IMG/VR virus record: IMGVR_UViG_3300015182_000011
Reading direction: 5' to 3' (one strand)
DNA from: a virus
Taxonomy: Duplodnaviria; Heunggongvirae; Uroviricota; Caudoviricetes
DNA length: 5,158 nt
In this document: positions 1 to 5,158 of the stretch, one piece after another
Layout of the letters: each line of letters starts with the position of its first letter
How positions within the stretch are numbered: position 1 is the stretch's first letter
Made by a program: the position numbers and the translations under genes
The notes under the pieces: model-generated
What the model was told of the DNA's origin: nothing
Database searches by the model: none
The model's input: only the letters and a program-made list of their open reading frames with translations

Positions 1-1323
1 ATCCGTCAGGATGAGCTTATCCATCTCCGCCCACTTCCGGTAAAGTTCTGCCTGCTGCCGCGAGCATCGCTCCAGCCGTCCTTCCGGAAGCCAGAATTTA
101 AAATCAGCATGAACATGTCCGTTATCGGTTCGCCAGAGTTTTGCCGCCGCACAGATATCAATCTTATGAGCAAGGTCGACGCCGACCCACATGGGATATG
201 TTTTCAGCTCATGTTGTGGAGCAATGTATTCGCACTTCTCCCACTTAATCATATCCATCCAGGCAGATTCGGCAGTGACCCACACATTCATGTGTTTGGT
301 AAAAAAATTCACCCGCGCAGAGACCTGCTCCTTCGCTTTTTTCGCCAGACGACGCAGATCATCCCAGCGTTTACAGATGCCCAGGCCAGGATTCGCTTTC
401 TGCCAGACCGTTTCATCAAACGGATCATCTCCCTCATCGAGCGTGTAAATGATCGCAAAGTAGGAGTCGTCTTTTACCGCGCCCTCCACGTCGCTGTTAT
501 AGCCTCGCAATACCTTAATGGCGTAATCGCGCTGCTCGTAGCAAATCCCTTCCTTGTTAAAGCCAGCCGTGGTGATGCCAAATAACAGAGACTGCAGACG
601 GGCACCGGTTGCCGTTTCCAGAACGTCCCACACGTCACGGGTTTTATGAGCATGCAGCTCATCAATAATGGCGCAGTGGATGTTCAGACCGTCCAGGTTG
701 TTTGCATCCGAGGAAAGCGGTTCAAATTTTGATGCGCTCTGCTCCTGGTAAATCGCCAGCTTGTTGAAATCAAACAACCGCCCGAGTGTCGACCGGGCTT
801 TTCTGACCATATTTTTGGCGTCTTCAAACACAATTCTGGCCTGGTCACGCGTGGTTGCGGCTGAATACACCTCAGCCCCGCCTTCACCATCTGCCCCCGT
901 CATATACAGACCGATACCCGATGACAGGGTTGATTTTGCGTTTTTACGGGCAACTTCGTTGTATGCTGTCCGGAACCGGCGCACCATCACCGGGCGTCCA
1001 CTGCCATCGCTGCGCATGACAACTTCCCCGGTTTCTTCATTCACCAGCGGAATGACAAAACCAAAAATATTAATGAGGATAAACACATGCCAGTCCATCA
1101 ACTCAATGGGCTGACCTGCCAGCGCCCCTTTCACATGGGGTACAAATTTGTAGAAATTAAGGATGTGCTGTGCACGGGGTTCACTGAAATAAATCCCCCG
1201 CTCTTCGCCGTACTTCAGATCATCAAGAAAACGCTGGCAGGCCAGACGGACAAATTCGCCAGCAACAATTTCTCCTGCAACAACACGTTCGGCGTAGCGG
1301 ATCCCGTCAGCCACTTTTGCCAT
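1..1323 (-). CDS. terL: Phage terminase large subunit (HK97/Terminase_1-like), N-terminal 441 codons; 3' partial, C-terminus lies beyond position 1
   Basis: Checked codon by codon: no stop in the minus frame from ATG 1323..1321 to the window edge. Translation starts MAKVADGIRYAERVVAGEIVAGEFVRLACQRFLDDLKYGEE and contains a P-loop-like segment EVARKNAKST, matching large-terminase ATPase domains as I recall them. The ATG overlaps the upstream TerS stop (ATGA at 1320..1323), the usual terS-terL coupling. It is absent from the ORF track only because it has no in-window stop. Confidence 0.9.
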   Translation of the reverse strand, partial: MAKVADGIRYAERVVAGEIVAGEFVRLACQRFLDDLKYGEERGIYFSEPRAQHILNFYKFVPHVKGALAGQPIELMDWHVFILINIFGFVIPLVNEETGEVVMRSDGSGRPVMVRRFRTAYNEVARKNAKSTLSSGIGLYMTGADGEGGAEVYSAATTRDQARIVFEDAKNMVRKARSTLGRLFDFNKLAIYQEQSASKFEPLSSDANNLDGLNIHCAIIDELHAHKTRDVWDVLETATGARLQSLLFGITTAGFNKEGICYEQRDYAIKVLRGYNSDVEGAVKDDSYFAIIYTLDEGDDPFDETVWQKANPGLGICKRWDDLRRLAKKAKEQVSARVNFFTKHMNVWVTAESAWMDMIKWEKCEYIAPQHELKTYPMWVGVDLAHKIDICAAAKLWRTDNGHVHADFKFWLPEGRLERCSRQQAELYRKWAEMDKLILTD

Positions 1324-1805
1324 CAGTCTCTCGCTTTTAAAAGCTCTGCCAGCGGATCAACATCATCCGGTCCGGCGGTATTTACTTTCGCCCGGCTTGC
1401 CGGTGACATACCAAACTCTGCAAGCATCGCCCGAATCCGCTTCCAGGCATCAGCCTTCATCGCAGCAGCCGGGTGTGCCTTGATCAGCACATCGCCATTC
1501 TGCGTTTCCGTGCGGTAGGTATAACCCTCAACATCGAGTATTTCGCAGTGATGCCGGTATTCGGTGTAGGCTTCCACCAGTAACTCGAGCGCACGTGCAT
1601 CGAGCTGAGAAATGATCCCTTCCGCATTCAGCTCTTCCGCCATTCGCCTGAACCAGTACTTCCCCTGCGCCCCTAAATGTTGCGGAATTTTAGGGAGACC
1701 TTTTTCATCCTTTTTAGCGGTTTTTTTGGAGTCTTTAACTGGCCGCTTTGAGGGGTTACCTCGTATCAAATGCAGGCGTGGCGGGGTTTTCGGGGGTCCA
1801 GACAT
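1323..1805 (-). CDS. terS: Phage terminase small subunit (P27 family-like), 160 aa
   Basis: ORF-track ORF with ATG at 1805..1803 and TGA at 1325..1323. Basic N-terminus (MSGPPKTPPRLHLIRGNPSKRPVKDSKKTAKKDEKG) and the core GKYWFRRMAEELNAEGIISQLDARALELLVEAY resemble P27-family small terminases. It sits directly upstream of, and overlaps, the large terminase. Confidence 0.88.
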   Translation of the reverse strand: MSGPPKTPPRLHLIRGNPSKRPVKDSKKTAKKDEKGLPKIPQHLGAQGKYWFRRMAEELNAEGIISQLDARALELLVEAYTEYRHHCEILDVEGYTYRTETQNGDVLIKAHPAAAMKADAWKRIRAMLAEFGMSPASRAKVNTAGPDDVDPLAELLKARD

Positions 1806-1952
1806 AATCGATTTTACCTATCAATCATTTAATCACATTCCAAAAAAAAGTTTTCGAACCTGCGGCGATGCGAGGAAAGGTCAGGCGGCGGTACTGAGCA
1901 GCCAGGGTTGCAGAGATTTGACCTGCCCCTCCCCTACAGATGGGAACTGTTA
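1806..1952. other. Intergenic gap between HNH endonuclease and terS; candidate cos (packaging/cohesive-end) region
   Basis: 147-bp non-coding gap at the position where HK97-type phages carry cos (HNH - cos - terS - terL). It has an A8 tract (1852..1859) beside a GC-rich block that includes GGCGGCG at 1886..1892 (within caggcggcggtactg, 1883..1897), reminiscent of the GGGCGGCG core of the lambda cohesive end. The exact nick sites cannot be determined from sequence alone. Confidence 0.3.
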
Positions 1953-2303
1953 TCAATTGAGGCGTTCGCGCGCTGTTTTTGCTTTATGACAGGGCCAGCA
2001 CAGACTCTGCAGGTTACTGTCTGCATCCGTGCCACCATGAGCTTTCGGAATGATGTGGTCCACAGTTCTGGCTTCAACGGCTCTCCCATTGCGCAGGCAG
2101 TTCTGACACAGATGATTATCACGCTTCAGTATGCGCGCACGTATGGCATCCCATTTCGAGCCATAGCCACGCTGGTGGCGGCTCAGTCCGCGTTGATGCT
2201 GTACCCATCCTTCGCCACGATGTTTATCGCAGTAACCAGAACTGTCTGTGGTTGTACCTGCACATCCACGCTTACGGCAGGCGCGTGGGATTCGTGGGGG
2301 CAT
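1953..2303 (-). CDS. Phage HNH homing-type endonuclease (terminase-associated), about 116 aa
   Basis: The translation has the HNH/zinc-finger signature CQNC...VDHIIPKAHGGTDADSNLQSLCWPCH plus an N-terminal Cys cluster CRKRGCAGTTTDSSGYCDKH. I place the start at ATG 2303..2301, which has GGAG five nt upstream. The ORF-track start at 2402 is a TTG with no RBS, and ATG 2348 also lacks an RBS. The gene lies immediately upstream of cos/terS, as in HK97-like phages. Confidence 0.82.
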   Translation of the reverse strand: MPPRIPRACRKRGCAGTTTDSSGYCDKHRGEGWVQHQRGLSRHQRGYGSKWDAIRARILKRDNHLCQNCLRNGRAVEARTVDHIIPKAHGGTDADSNLQSLCWPCHKAKTARERLN

Positions 2304-2423
2304 ATGTACTCCAATGAAGAAGCCACCGACATAGCCTCCTCCATTCATAGTGAAACTATTTTCATCTACCCAGTAATGAATTCTTTGTAGAGTTGTGATC
2401 AATACAACTCACTAATGGAGAGG

Positions 2424-2445
2424 CTTGTCCAACACGTTGGACAAG
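2424..2445. repeat. 22-bp inverted repeat CTTGTCCAAC-AC-GTTGGACAAG (perfect 10-bp arms) followed by a T-rich tract on the + strand
   Basis: Read directly from the sequence: arms 2424..2433 and 2436..2445 are exact reverse complements, followed by tttcctgtttgattt at 2446..2460. It lies in the intergenic region between the HNH start and a small plus-strand ORF. It could be a plus-strand intrinsic terminator-like hairpin or an operator for a dimeric DNA-binding protein. Confidence 0.45.
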
Positions 2446-2525
2446 TTTCCTGTTTGATTTACTGGACACTATAGAAGGACAGAATGCCTTCATCACTCGA
2501 ATAACATCAATTAAGGAGGTTCAAC

Positions 2526-2648
2526 ATGTTTCATTCCACAAATCATCAGGCTGTAATTATGGCTGCATCAGCTTGTGCCACAGACCTTTTCCGCTTCACT
2601 TTGAGCCTGATTCATTTCTACCTGACCGGCTCGCCTCTATCTTTTTAA
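2526..2648 (+). CDS. Hypothetical small protein (40 aa) with a consensus Shine-Dalgarno
   Basis: ATG at 2526 is preceded by TAAGGAGGT (2512..2520) at a 5-nt spacing, a near-perfect RBS. The ORF runs to TAA at 2646..2648 and translates MFHSTNHQAVIMAASACATDLFRFTLSLIHFYLTGSPLSF. It sits in otherwise non-coding DNA between HNH and bor. I recognise no homology; the call rests on the RBS alone. Confidence 0.3.
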   Translation: MFHSTNHQAVIMAASACATDLFRFTLSLIHFYLTGSPLSF

Positions 2649-2828
2649 TCCCCGCTTTATCCAAATTGCATTGCCAGAATGCCGACAACAGACTGACATT
2701 CAAATCCTGACTACCTCCAATAGGCTGAGCATCCACCTATATAGTTTTAATTTTCATCAATCCATTTAACTATCGTTTAATTGTTGTCACATAGGATTCT
2801 GCCGTTTTTAACAATGCAGGATAATAAG

Positions 2829-3122
2829 ATGAAAAAAATGTTGTTTTCTGCCGCTCTGGCAATGCTTATTACAGGATGTGCTCAACAGACGTTTACTGTT
2901 GGAAACAAACCGACAGCAGTAACACCAAAGGAAACCATCACCCATCATTTCTTCGTTTCGGGAATTGGACAGGAGAAAACTGTTGATGCAGCCAAAATTT
3001 GTGGCGGCGCAGAAAATGTTGTTAAAACAGAAACCCAGCAAACATTCGTAAATGGATTTCTCGGTTTTATTACTTTAGGCATTTATACTCCACTGGAAGC
3101 GCGTGTGTATTGCTCACAATAA
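2829..3122 (+). CDS. bor: Bor-family outer-membrane lipoprotein (lambda Bor-like serum-resistance protein), 97 aa
   Basis: From ATG 2829 the translation is MKKMLFSAALAMLITGCAQQTFTVGNKPTAVTPKETITHHFFVSGIGQEKTVDAAKICGGAENVVKTETQQTFVNGFLGFITLGIYTPLEARVYCSQ, with a lipobox LITGC and near-identity along its length to lambda Bor as I recall it. It is on the strand opposite the late genes and convergent with Rz, as in lambda. The ORF-track N-terminal extension (2781..2828) is rejected. Confidence 0.9.
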   Translation: MKKMLFSAALAMLITGCAQQTFTVGNKPTAVTPKETITHHFFVSGIGQEKTVDAAKICGGAENVVKTETQQTFVNGFLGFITLGIYTPLEARVYCSQ

Positions 3123-3132
3123 TTGCATGAGT

Positions 3133-3150
3133 TGCCCATCGATATGGGCA
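3133..3150. terminator. Hairpin (7-bp stem TGCCCAT/ATGGGCA, 4-nt loop) between the convergent bor and Rz genes; possible bidirectional terminator or transcript-stabilising element
   Basis: Read directly from the sequence at 3133..3150, inside the 31-bp gap between the bor stop (3122) and the Rz stop (3154). It has no flanking U-tract on either strand, so intrinsic-terminator function is uncertain. Confidence 0.3.
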
Positions 3151-3153
3151 GCT

Positions 3154-3615
3154 CTATCTGCACTGCTCATTAATATACTTCTGGGTTCCTTCCAGTTGTT
3201 TTTGCATTGTGATCAGCCTCTCTCTGAGGGTGAAATAATCCCGTTCAGCGGTGTCTGCCAGTCGGGGGCTGGTTGCATTATCCACGCCGGAGGCGGTGGT
3301 GGCTTCACGCACTGACTGACAGACTGCTTTGATGTGCAACCGACGACGACCAGCGGCAACATCAGCGCGCAGAGTTTCATTTTCAGCTTTCGCATTGGCT
3401 AATTCTCTCGAGTACTTTGCATCGAGTGCAGCAACATCACGCTGACGCTGCTGCATGTCAGCGATAGTGGCGATCGCCTGCTTCAGCTCACTGACTTTTT
3501 TATCACGCTGTTCTTTGTAGGCGATGGCGTTATCACGGTAATGATTGACCGCCCACGACAGGCAGACGATGATGCAGATAACCAAAGCATAAATAATCGC
3601 GGCGACTCTGCTCAC
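3154..3615 (-). CDS. Rz: Rz i-spanin (inner-membrane spanin subunit), 153 aa
   Basis: From GTG 3615..3613 the translation is [39 protein letters not shown]...[20 protein letters not shown]: an N-terminal TM helix followed by coiled coil, close to lambda Rz. The GTG start overlaps the endolysin stop (GTGA). The ORF-track TTG start at 3630 is rejected. Confidence 0.9.
   Translation of the reverse strand: MSRVAAIIYALVICIIVCLSWAVNHYRDNAIAYKEQRDKKVSELKQAIATIADMQQRQRDVAALDAKYSRELANAKAENETLRADVAAGRRRLHIKAVCQSVREATTASGVDNATSPRLADTAERDYFTLRERLITMQKQLEGTQKYINEQCR
3213..3395 (-). CDS. Rz1: Rz1 o-spanin (outer-membrane lipoprotein spanin subunit), 60 aa, fully embedded in Rz in another frame
   Basis: ATG at 3395..3393. 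Translation [60 protein letters not shown] has a lipobox (VVVGC) and a proline-rich segment, matching lambda Rz1. It is nested inside Rz in a different frame, the classic embedded spanin architecture. Confidence 0.85.
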   Translation of the reverse strand: MRKLKMKLCALMLPLVVVGCTSKQSVSQCVKPPPPPAWIMQPAPDWQTPLNGIISPSERG

Positions 3616-4145
3616 TGCTCTATCCCCCAACAGGCTAATGCGCTTTCCTGGTCACGACGAATAACCTGTCCATAGCAGTTATTTGAACGTATGCGGCAAT
3701 CGCGCCCACCATCTTTTATCCACCAGCGAATCGCCTCGCATGCGCCCTTACGATCACCGGCATTCAGCCGCTTATAAAACGTCGACGGGAAACACTTACC
3801 GGGGCCAATGTTATAGGGACAGAATGACGCTATACCCGCTTTTTGTGGTTCGGTCAGTAGTACTTTAATATTGCGCTCCACCCATGCCAGCGCCTTATCA
3901 CGCTCAATGGCGTTGACCTGGTCGCATTTTTCCTTCGACAGTTTCATACCGGGAAAAACGGGTTTTCCATCCACCATCGTGGCACCCCGACAGATGGTCC
4001 AGATGCCGGACCCATCGCGGTATGCCGTTGTGTGGTTACCTTCTTTTTCATCCAGAAACTGGTCGAGAATATCAGGCGCGGGCGCACCGACGGCAATCAG
4101 TGCCAGAACGGCAGCCGACAGGCCGTATCTGATTTTTGCGTTCAT
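3612..4145 (-). CDS. R: SAR endolysin (phage lysozyme, T4-lysozyme/P21 R-like muramidase), 177 aa
   Basis: ATG at 4145..4143. The N-terminus has a weakly hydrophobic Ala/Gly-rich signal-anchor-release segment ([16 protein letters not shown]), followed by the catalytic E-x8-D-x5-T arrangement ([16 protein letters not shown]) typical of phage lysozymes. It is followed directly by Rz/Rz1. Confidence 0.9.
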   Translation of the reverse strand: MNAKIRYGLSAAVLALIAVGAPAPDILDQFLDEKEGNHTTAYRDGSGIWTICRGATMVDGKPVFPGMKLSKEKCDQVNAIERDKALAWVERNIKVLLTEPQKAGIASFCPYNIGPGKCFPSTFYKRLNAGDRKGACEAIRWWIKDGGRDCRIRSNNCYGQVIRRDQESALACWGIEQ

Positions 4146-4208
4146 GGATATTTATCAGGATTTATCGGTTTCTGCCCACGGACAGGTTTATCTGTTCCGG
4201 TCAGTGAC

Positions 4209-4559
4209 TTAAGGTTGTGATTCCGGAGGAGTCTTCAGAGAACCAGTAATTCTTCCCGGTAGCTTTCCTTTGTAGGTTATCCATACATTCTGCGCCTCTA
4301 AAATTACGGGGCGCTTTTCCGGCGACTGCTCATCCCCTTCACATAACCCGGCAGCAACATCCAGGAAGACCTGTCTGATACTCATTCTGGCTGCTGCCTC
4401 ATAAAACTCCGGCGCGGCACCTTCAACACGGTCCAGCGAGATGTCCAGGTCAAAAATTTCACCGTCAAAGCGTTTTTTGTCCCGTAACGCTAAAGTTACC
4501 GTAACTTTATTCTCAAAATTGCGGATCCCTTTCACAATCAGTTCATAGTTTTGAGTCAT
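4209..4559 (-). CDS. ydfR: Unknown-function protein, YdfR-like (DUF1327-like), 116 aa, inserted between holin and endolysin
   Basis: ATG at 4559..4557 with GGAG 9 nt upstream, lying inside the holin 3' end; only 4 nt separate the holin stop from this start. The translation MTQNYELIVKGIRNFENKVTVTLALRDKKRFDGEIFDLDISLDRVEGAAPEFYEAAARMSIRQVFLDVAAGL... is soluble and acidic, with no TM segment or signal peptide. The same holin - ydfR - lysozyme position occurs in the E. coli K-12 Qin prophage (essQ-ydfR-rrrQ). The symbol is assigned by position and recalled family resemblance, not by a search. Confidence 0.78.
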   Translation of the reverse strand: MTQNYELIVKGIRNFENKVTVTLALRDKKRFDGEIFDLDISLDRVEGAAPEFYEAAARMSIRQVFLDVAAGLCEGDEQSPEKRPVILEAQNVWITYKGKLPGRITGSLKTPPESQP

Positions 4560-4563
4560 TGAA

Positions 4564-4779
4564 TTACTCTCCCCGTGCCGCCTTACGACGGTCCTCTCTG
4601 ATTTTGAAATACAGGTTAGTCAGATATGTCAGCAGCCCAAACAGCAGACTCCCCAGCACGCCTATTGCCGCCCACTGAGACGGGGAAACCCTGTCCAGCA
4701 ACTGCAGGAACCAGTAGCCCGTTCCCACCGCTGACGTGGTGTATGACACACCTGTTGTGATTTTTTCCATCTGGTCCAT
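4564..4779 (-). CDS. S: Class II holin / pinholin (phage 21 S-like), 71 aa, with dual-start motif (Met1 and Met4)
   Basis: From ATG 4779..4777 the translation is [71 protein letters not shown]: two TM segments and a C-terminus near-identical to S21 as I recall it. A second in-frame ATG at 4770..4768 forms the dual-start pair. A GGGAGA RBS lies upstream. The ORF-track GTG extension to 4884 would read through the terminator hairpin and is rejected. Confidence 0.85.
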   Translation of the reverse strand: MDQMEKITTGVSYTTSAVGTGYWFLQLLDRVSPSQWAAIGVLGSLLFGLLTYLTNLYFKIREDRRKAARGE

Positions 4780-4811
4780 ACCCCGTCTCCCGTTATCCGG
4801 AAGCTGACAAC

Positions 4812-4843
4812 AATAAAAAAGCCACCAGTTAACTACTGATGGC
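4812..4843 (-). terminator. Rho-independent terminator on the minus strand (tR'-like, between the late promoter and the holin)
   Basis: The minus-strand RNA would form an 8-bp stem (GCCAUCAG / CUGGUGGC, with one G-U wobble), a 7-nt loop and a UUUUUUAUU tail (plus 4812..4820 is aataaaaaa). The stem is better paired on the minus transcript than on the plus. It lies 33 nt upstream of the holin start, matching the lambdoid PR'-qut-tR'-S layout. Confidence 0.6.
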
Positions 4844-5124
4844 TCTGATAACTCATGCAAGCGTCTCAGACGATCCACTGACACTACCGGTGAGTTTAAC
4901 GATACCTTCCATTTGACTGGCTCACTTTTTATGATGATGCCGGTGTATTTATCTCCAGCACCAGACTTTCTATCTCAACGCCATACGTTGCATTTTTGGT
5001 AATATCCGTCAGCGTCAGTGCATTTAGTCCCACTGCCAGACCGTCTTTTATGGTCTGGAATGCCGGGCCAGTACGATGACGTAGTATCACTCCGGCTCAG
5101 TTGCACCACTGACCACCACATCAC
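4844..5124 (-). promoter_or_regulatory. Late-gene leader region expected to hold the Q-dependent late promoter (PR'-like) and qut site; exact elements not resolved
   Basis: Non-coding region upstream of the tR'-like terminator and holin. The best sigma70-like candidate on the minus strand is TTGAGA (4978..4973), a 17-nt spacer, then GAGATA (4955..4950), a weak -10. Position and lambdoid synteny support the call; the motif match does not. Confidence 0.3.
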
Positions 5125-5158
5125 AGATCGGAAGAGCGTCGTGTAGGGAAAGAGTGTA
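5125..5158 (+). other. Illumina TruSeq adapter sequence (non-biological, untrimmed contig end)
   Basis: 5125..5158 is AGATCGGAAGAGCGTCGTGTAGGGAAAGAGTGTA, an exact match to the first 34 nt of the reverse complement of the TruSeq universal adapter, recalled from memory. Confidence 0.92.

Noticed and set aside
474-890. Minus-strand ORFs 474..665 and 684..890
   Set aside because: They are out-of-frame ORFs nested inside the large-terminase coding frame; the terminase frame is open through both.
109-1518. Plus-strand ORFs 109..585, 191..448, 761..1114 and 1087..1518 from the ORF track
   Set aside because: They are antisense to an uninterrupted 441-codon minus-strand ORF with clear large-terminase features, have no recognisable RBS and give low-complexity, non-protein-like translations.
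1612-2390. Plus-strand ORFs 1612..1989 and 1908..2390, and minus-strand ORF 1934..2122
   Set aside because: They are antisense or out-of-frame overlaps of the small terminase and HNH endonuclease genes, which carry strong family signatures.
2304-2402. N-terminal extension of the HNH ORF to the TTG at 2402
   Set aside because: The start is a TTG with no RBS, and the extension has no protein-like sequence. ATG 2303 has GGAG at the proper spacing. The true start remains somewhat uncertain.
2454-2475. Possible sigma70 promoter for the small ORF (TTGATT at 2454..2459, TATAGA at 2470..2475)
   Set aside because: The spacer is only 10 nt, incompatible with sigma70 geometry.
2781-2828. N-terminal extension of bor (MLSHRILPFLTMQDNK...)
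   Set aside because: The lipoprotein signal peptide begins at MKKML (ATG 2829) with AGGA upstream; the extension starts at a non-ATG codon and would precede the signal peptide.
2808-3041. Minus-strand ORF 2808..3041 (77 aa)
   Set aside because: It is antisense to bor, Cys-rich and of low complexity; bor explains the region.
3103-3315. Plus-strand ORF 3103..3315
   Set aside because: It is antisense to Rz/Rz1 and includes a Gly run that mirrors the Rz1 proline tract.
3616-3630. Rz start at the TTG at 3630 (MGDRAV...)
   Set aside because: GTG 3615, giving MSRVAAII..., overlaps the endolysin stop and matches the lambda Rz N-terminus; the TTG extension is not supported.
3683-4220. Plus-strand ORFs 3683..3868, 3871..4212 and 4032..4220
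   Set aside because: They are antisense to the SAR endolysin gene and have no independent support.
4780-4884. N-terminal extension of the holin ORF to the GTG at 4884
   Set aside because: It would translate through the tR'-like terminator hairpin and U-tract. The holin family start (MDQMEK) at 4779 has its own RBS.
4977-5124. Open minus-strand frame entering from the adapter boundary (possible Q C-terminus)
   Set aside because: It is only 49 codons, with no start in the window, and I recognise nothing diagnostic of Q proteins. It cannot be called without the upstream sequence, which is lost at the contig end.
1-5158. tRNA genes, CRISPR arrays, integrase/attachment sites, IS elements
   Set aside because: I saw no cloverleaf-compatible sequences, no regularly spaced direct repeats and no transposase or integrase-like ORFs. 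The window lies entirely within the late lysis and packaging region of the prophage.

Overview
This window is the late region of a lambdoid (Escherichia/Enterobacteriaceae-type) prophage, with the late operon on the minus strand. Reading along the minus strand from high to low coordinates: a late-regulatory leader with a tR'-like intrinsic terminator, a phage-21-type lysis cassette (S21-like pinholin, a YdfR-like unknown-function gene, SAR endolysin, Rz with embedded Rz1), the bor lipoprotein gene on the opposite strand, then an HK97-type packaging module (HNH endonuclease, putative cos gap, P27-family small terminase, large terminase running off the window at position 1). The last 34 nt (5125..5158) are an exact Illumina TruSeq adapter, so this is an untrimmed contig end and the Q antiterminator gene is not present. 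All homology calls are from my own reading of the translations; no database search was run. No tRNA, CRISPR array or transposase was seen. The most interesting open questions are the YdfR-like gene wedged into the lysis cassette, a 40-codon ORF with a perfect Shine-Dalgarno, and a 22-bp palindrome upstream of the HNH gene.
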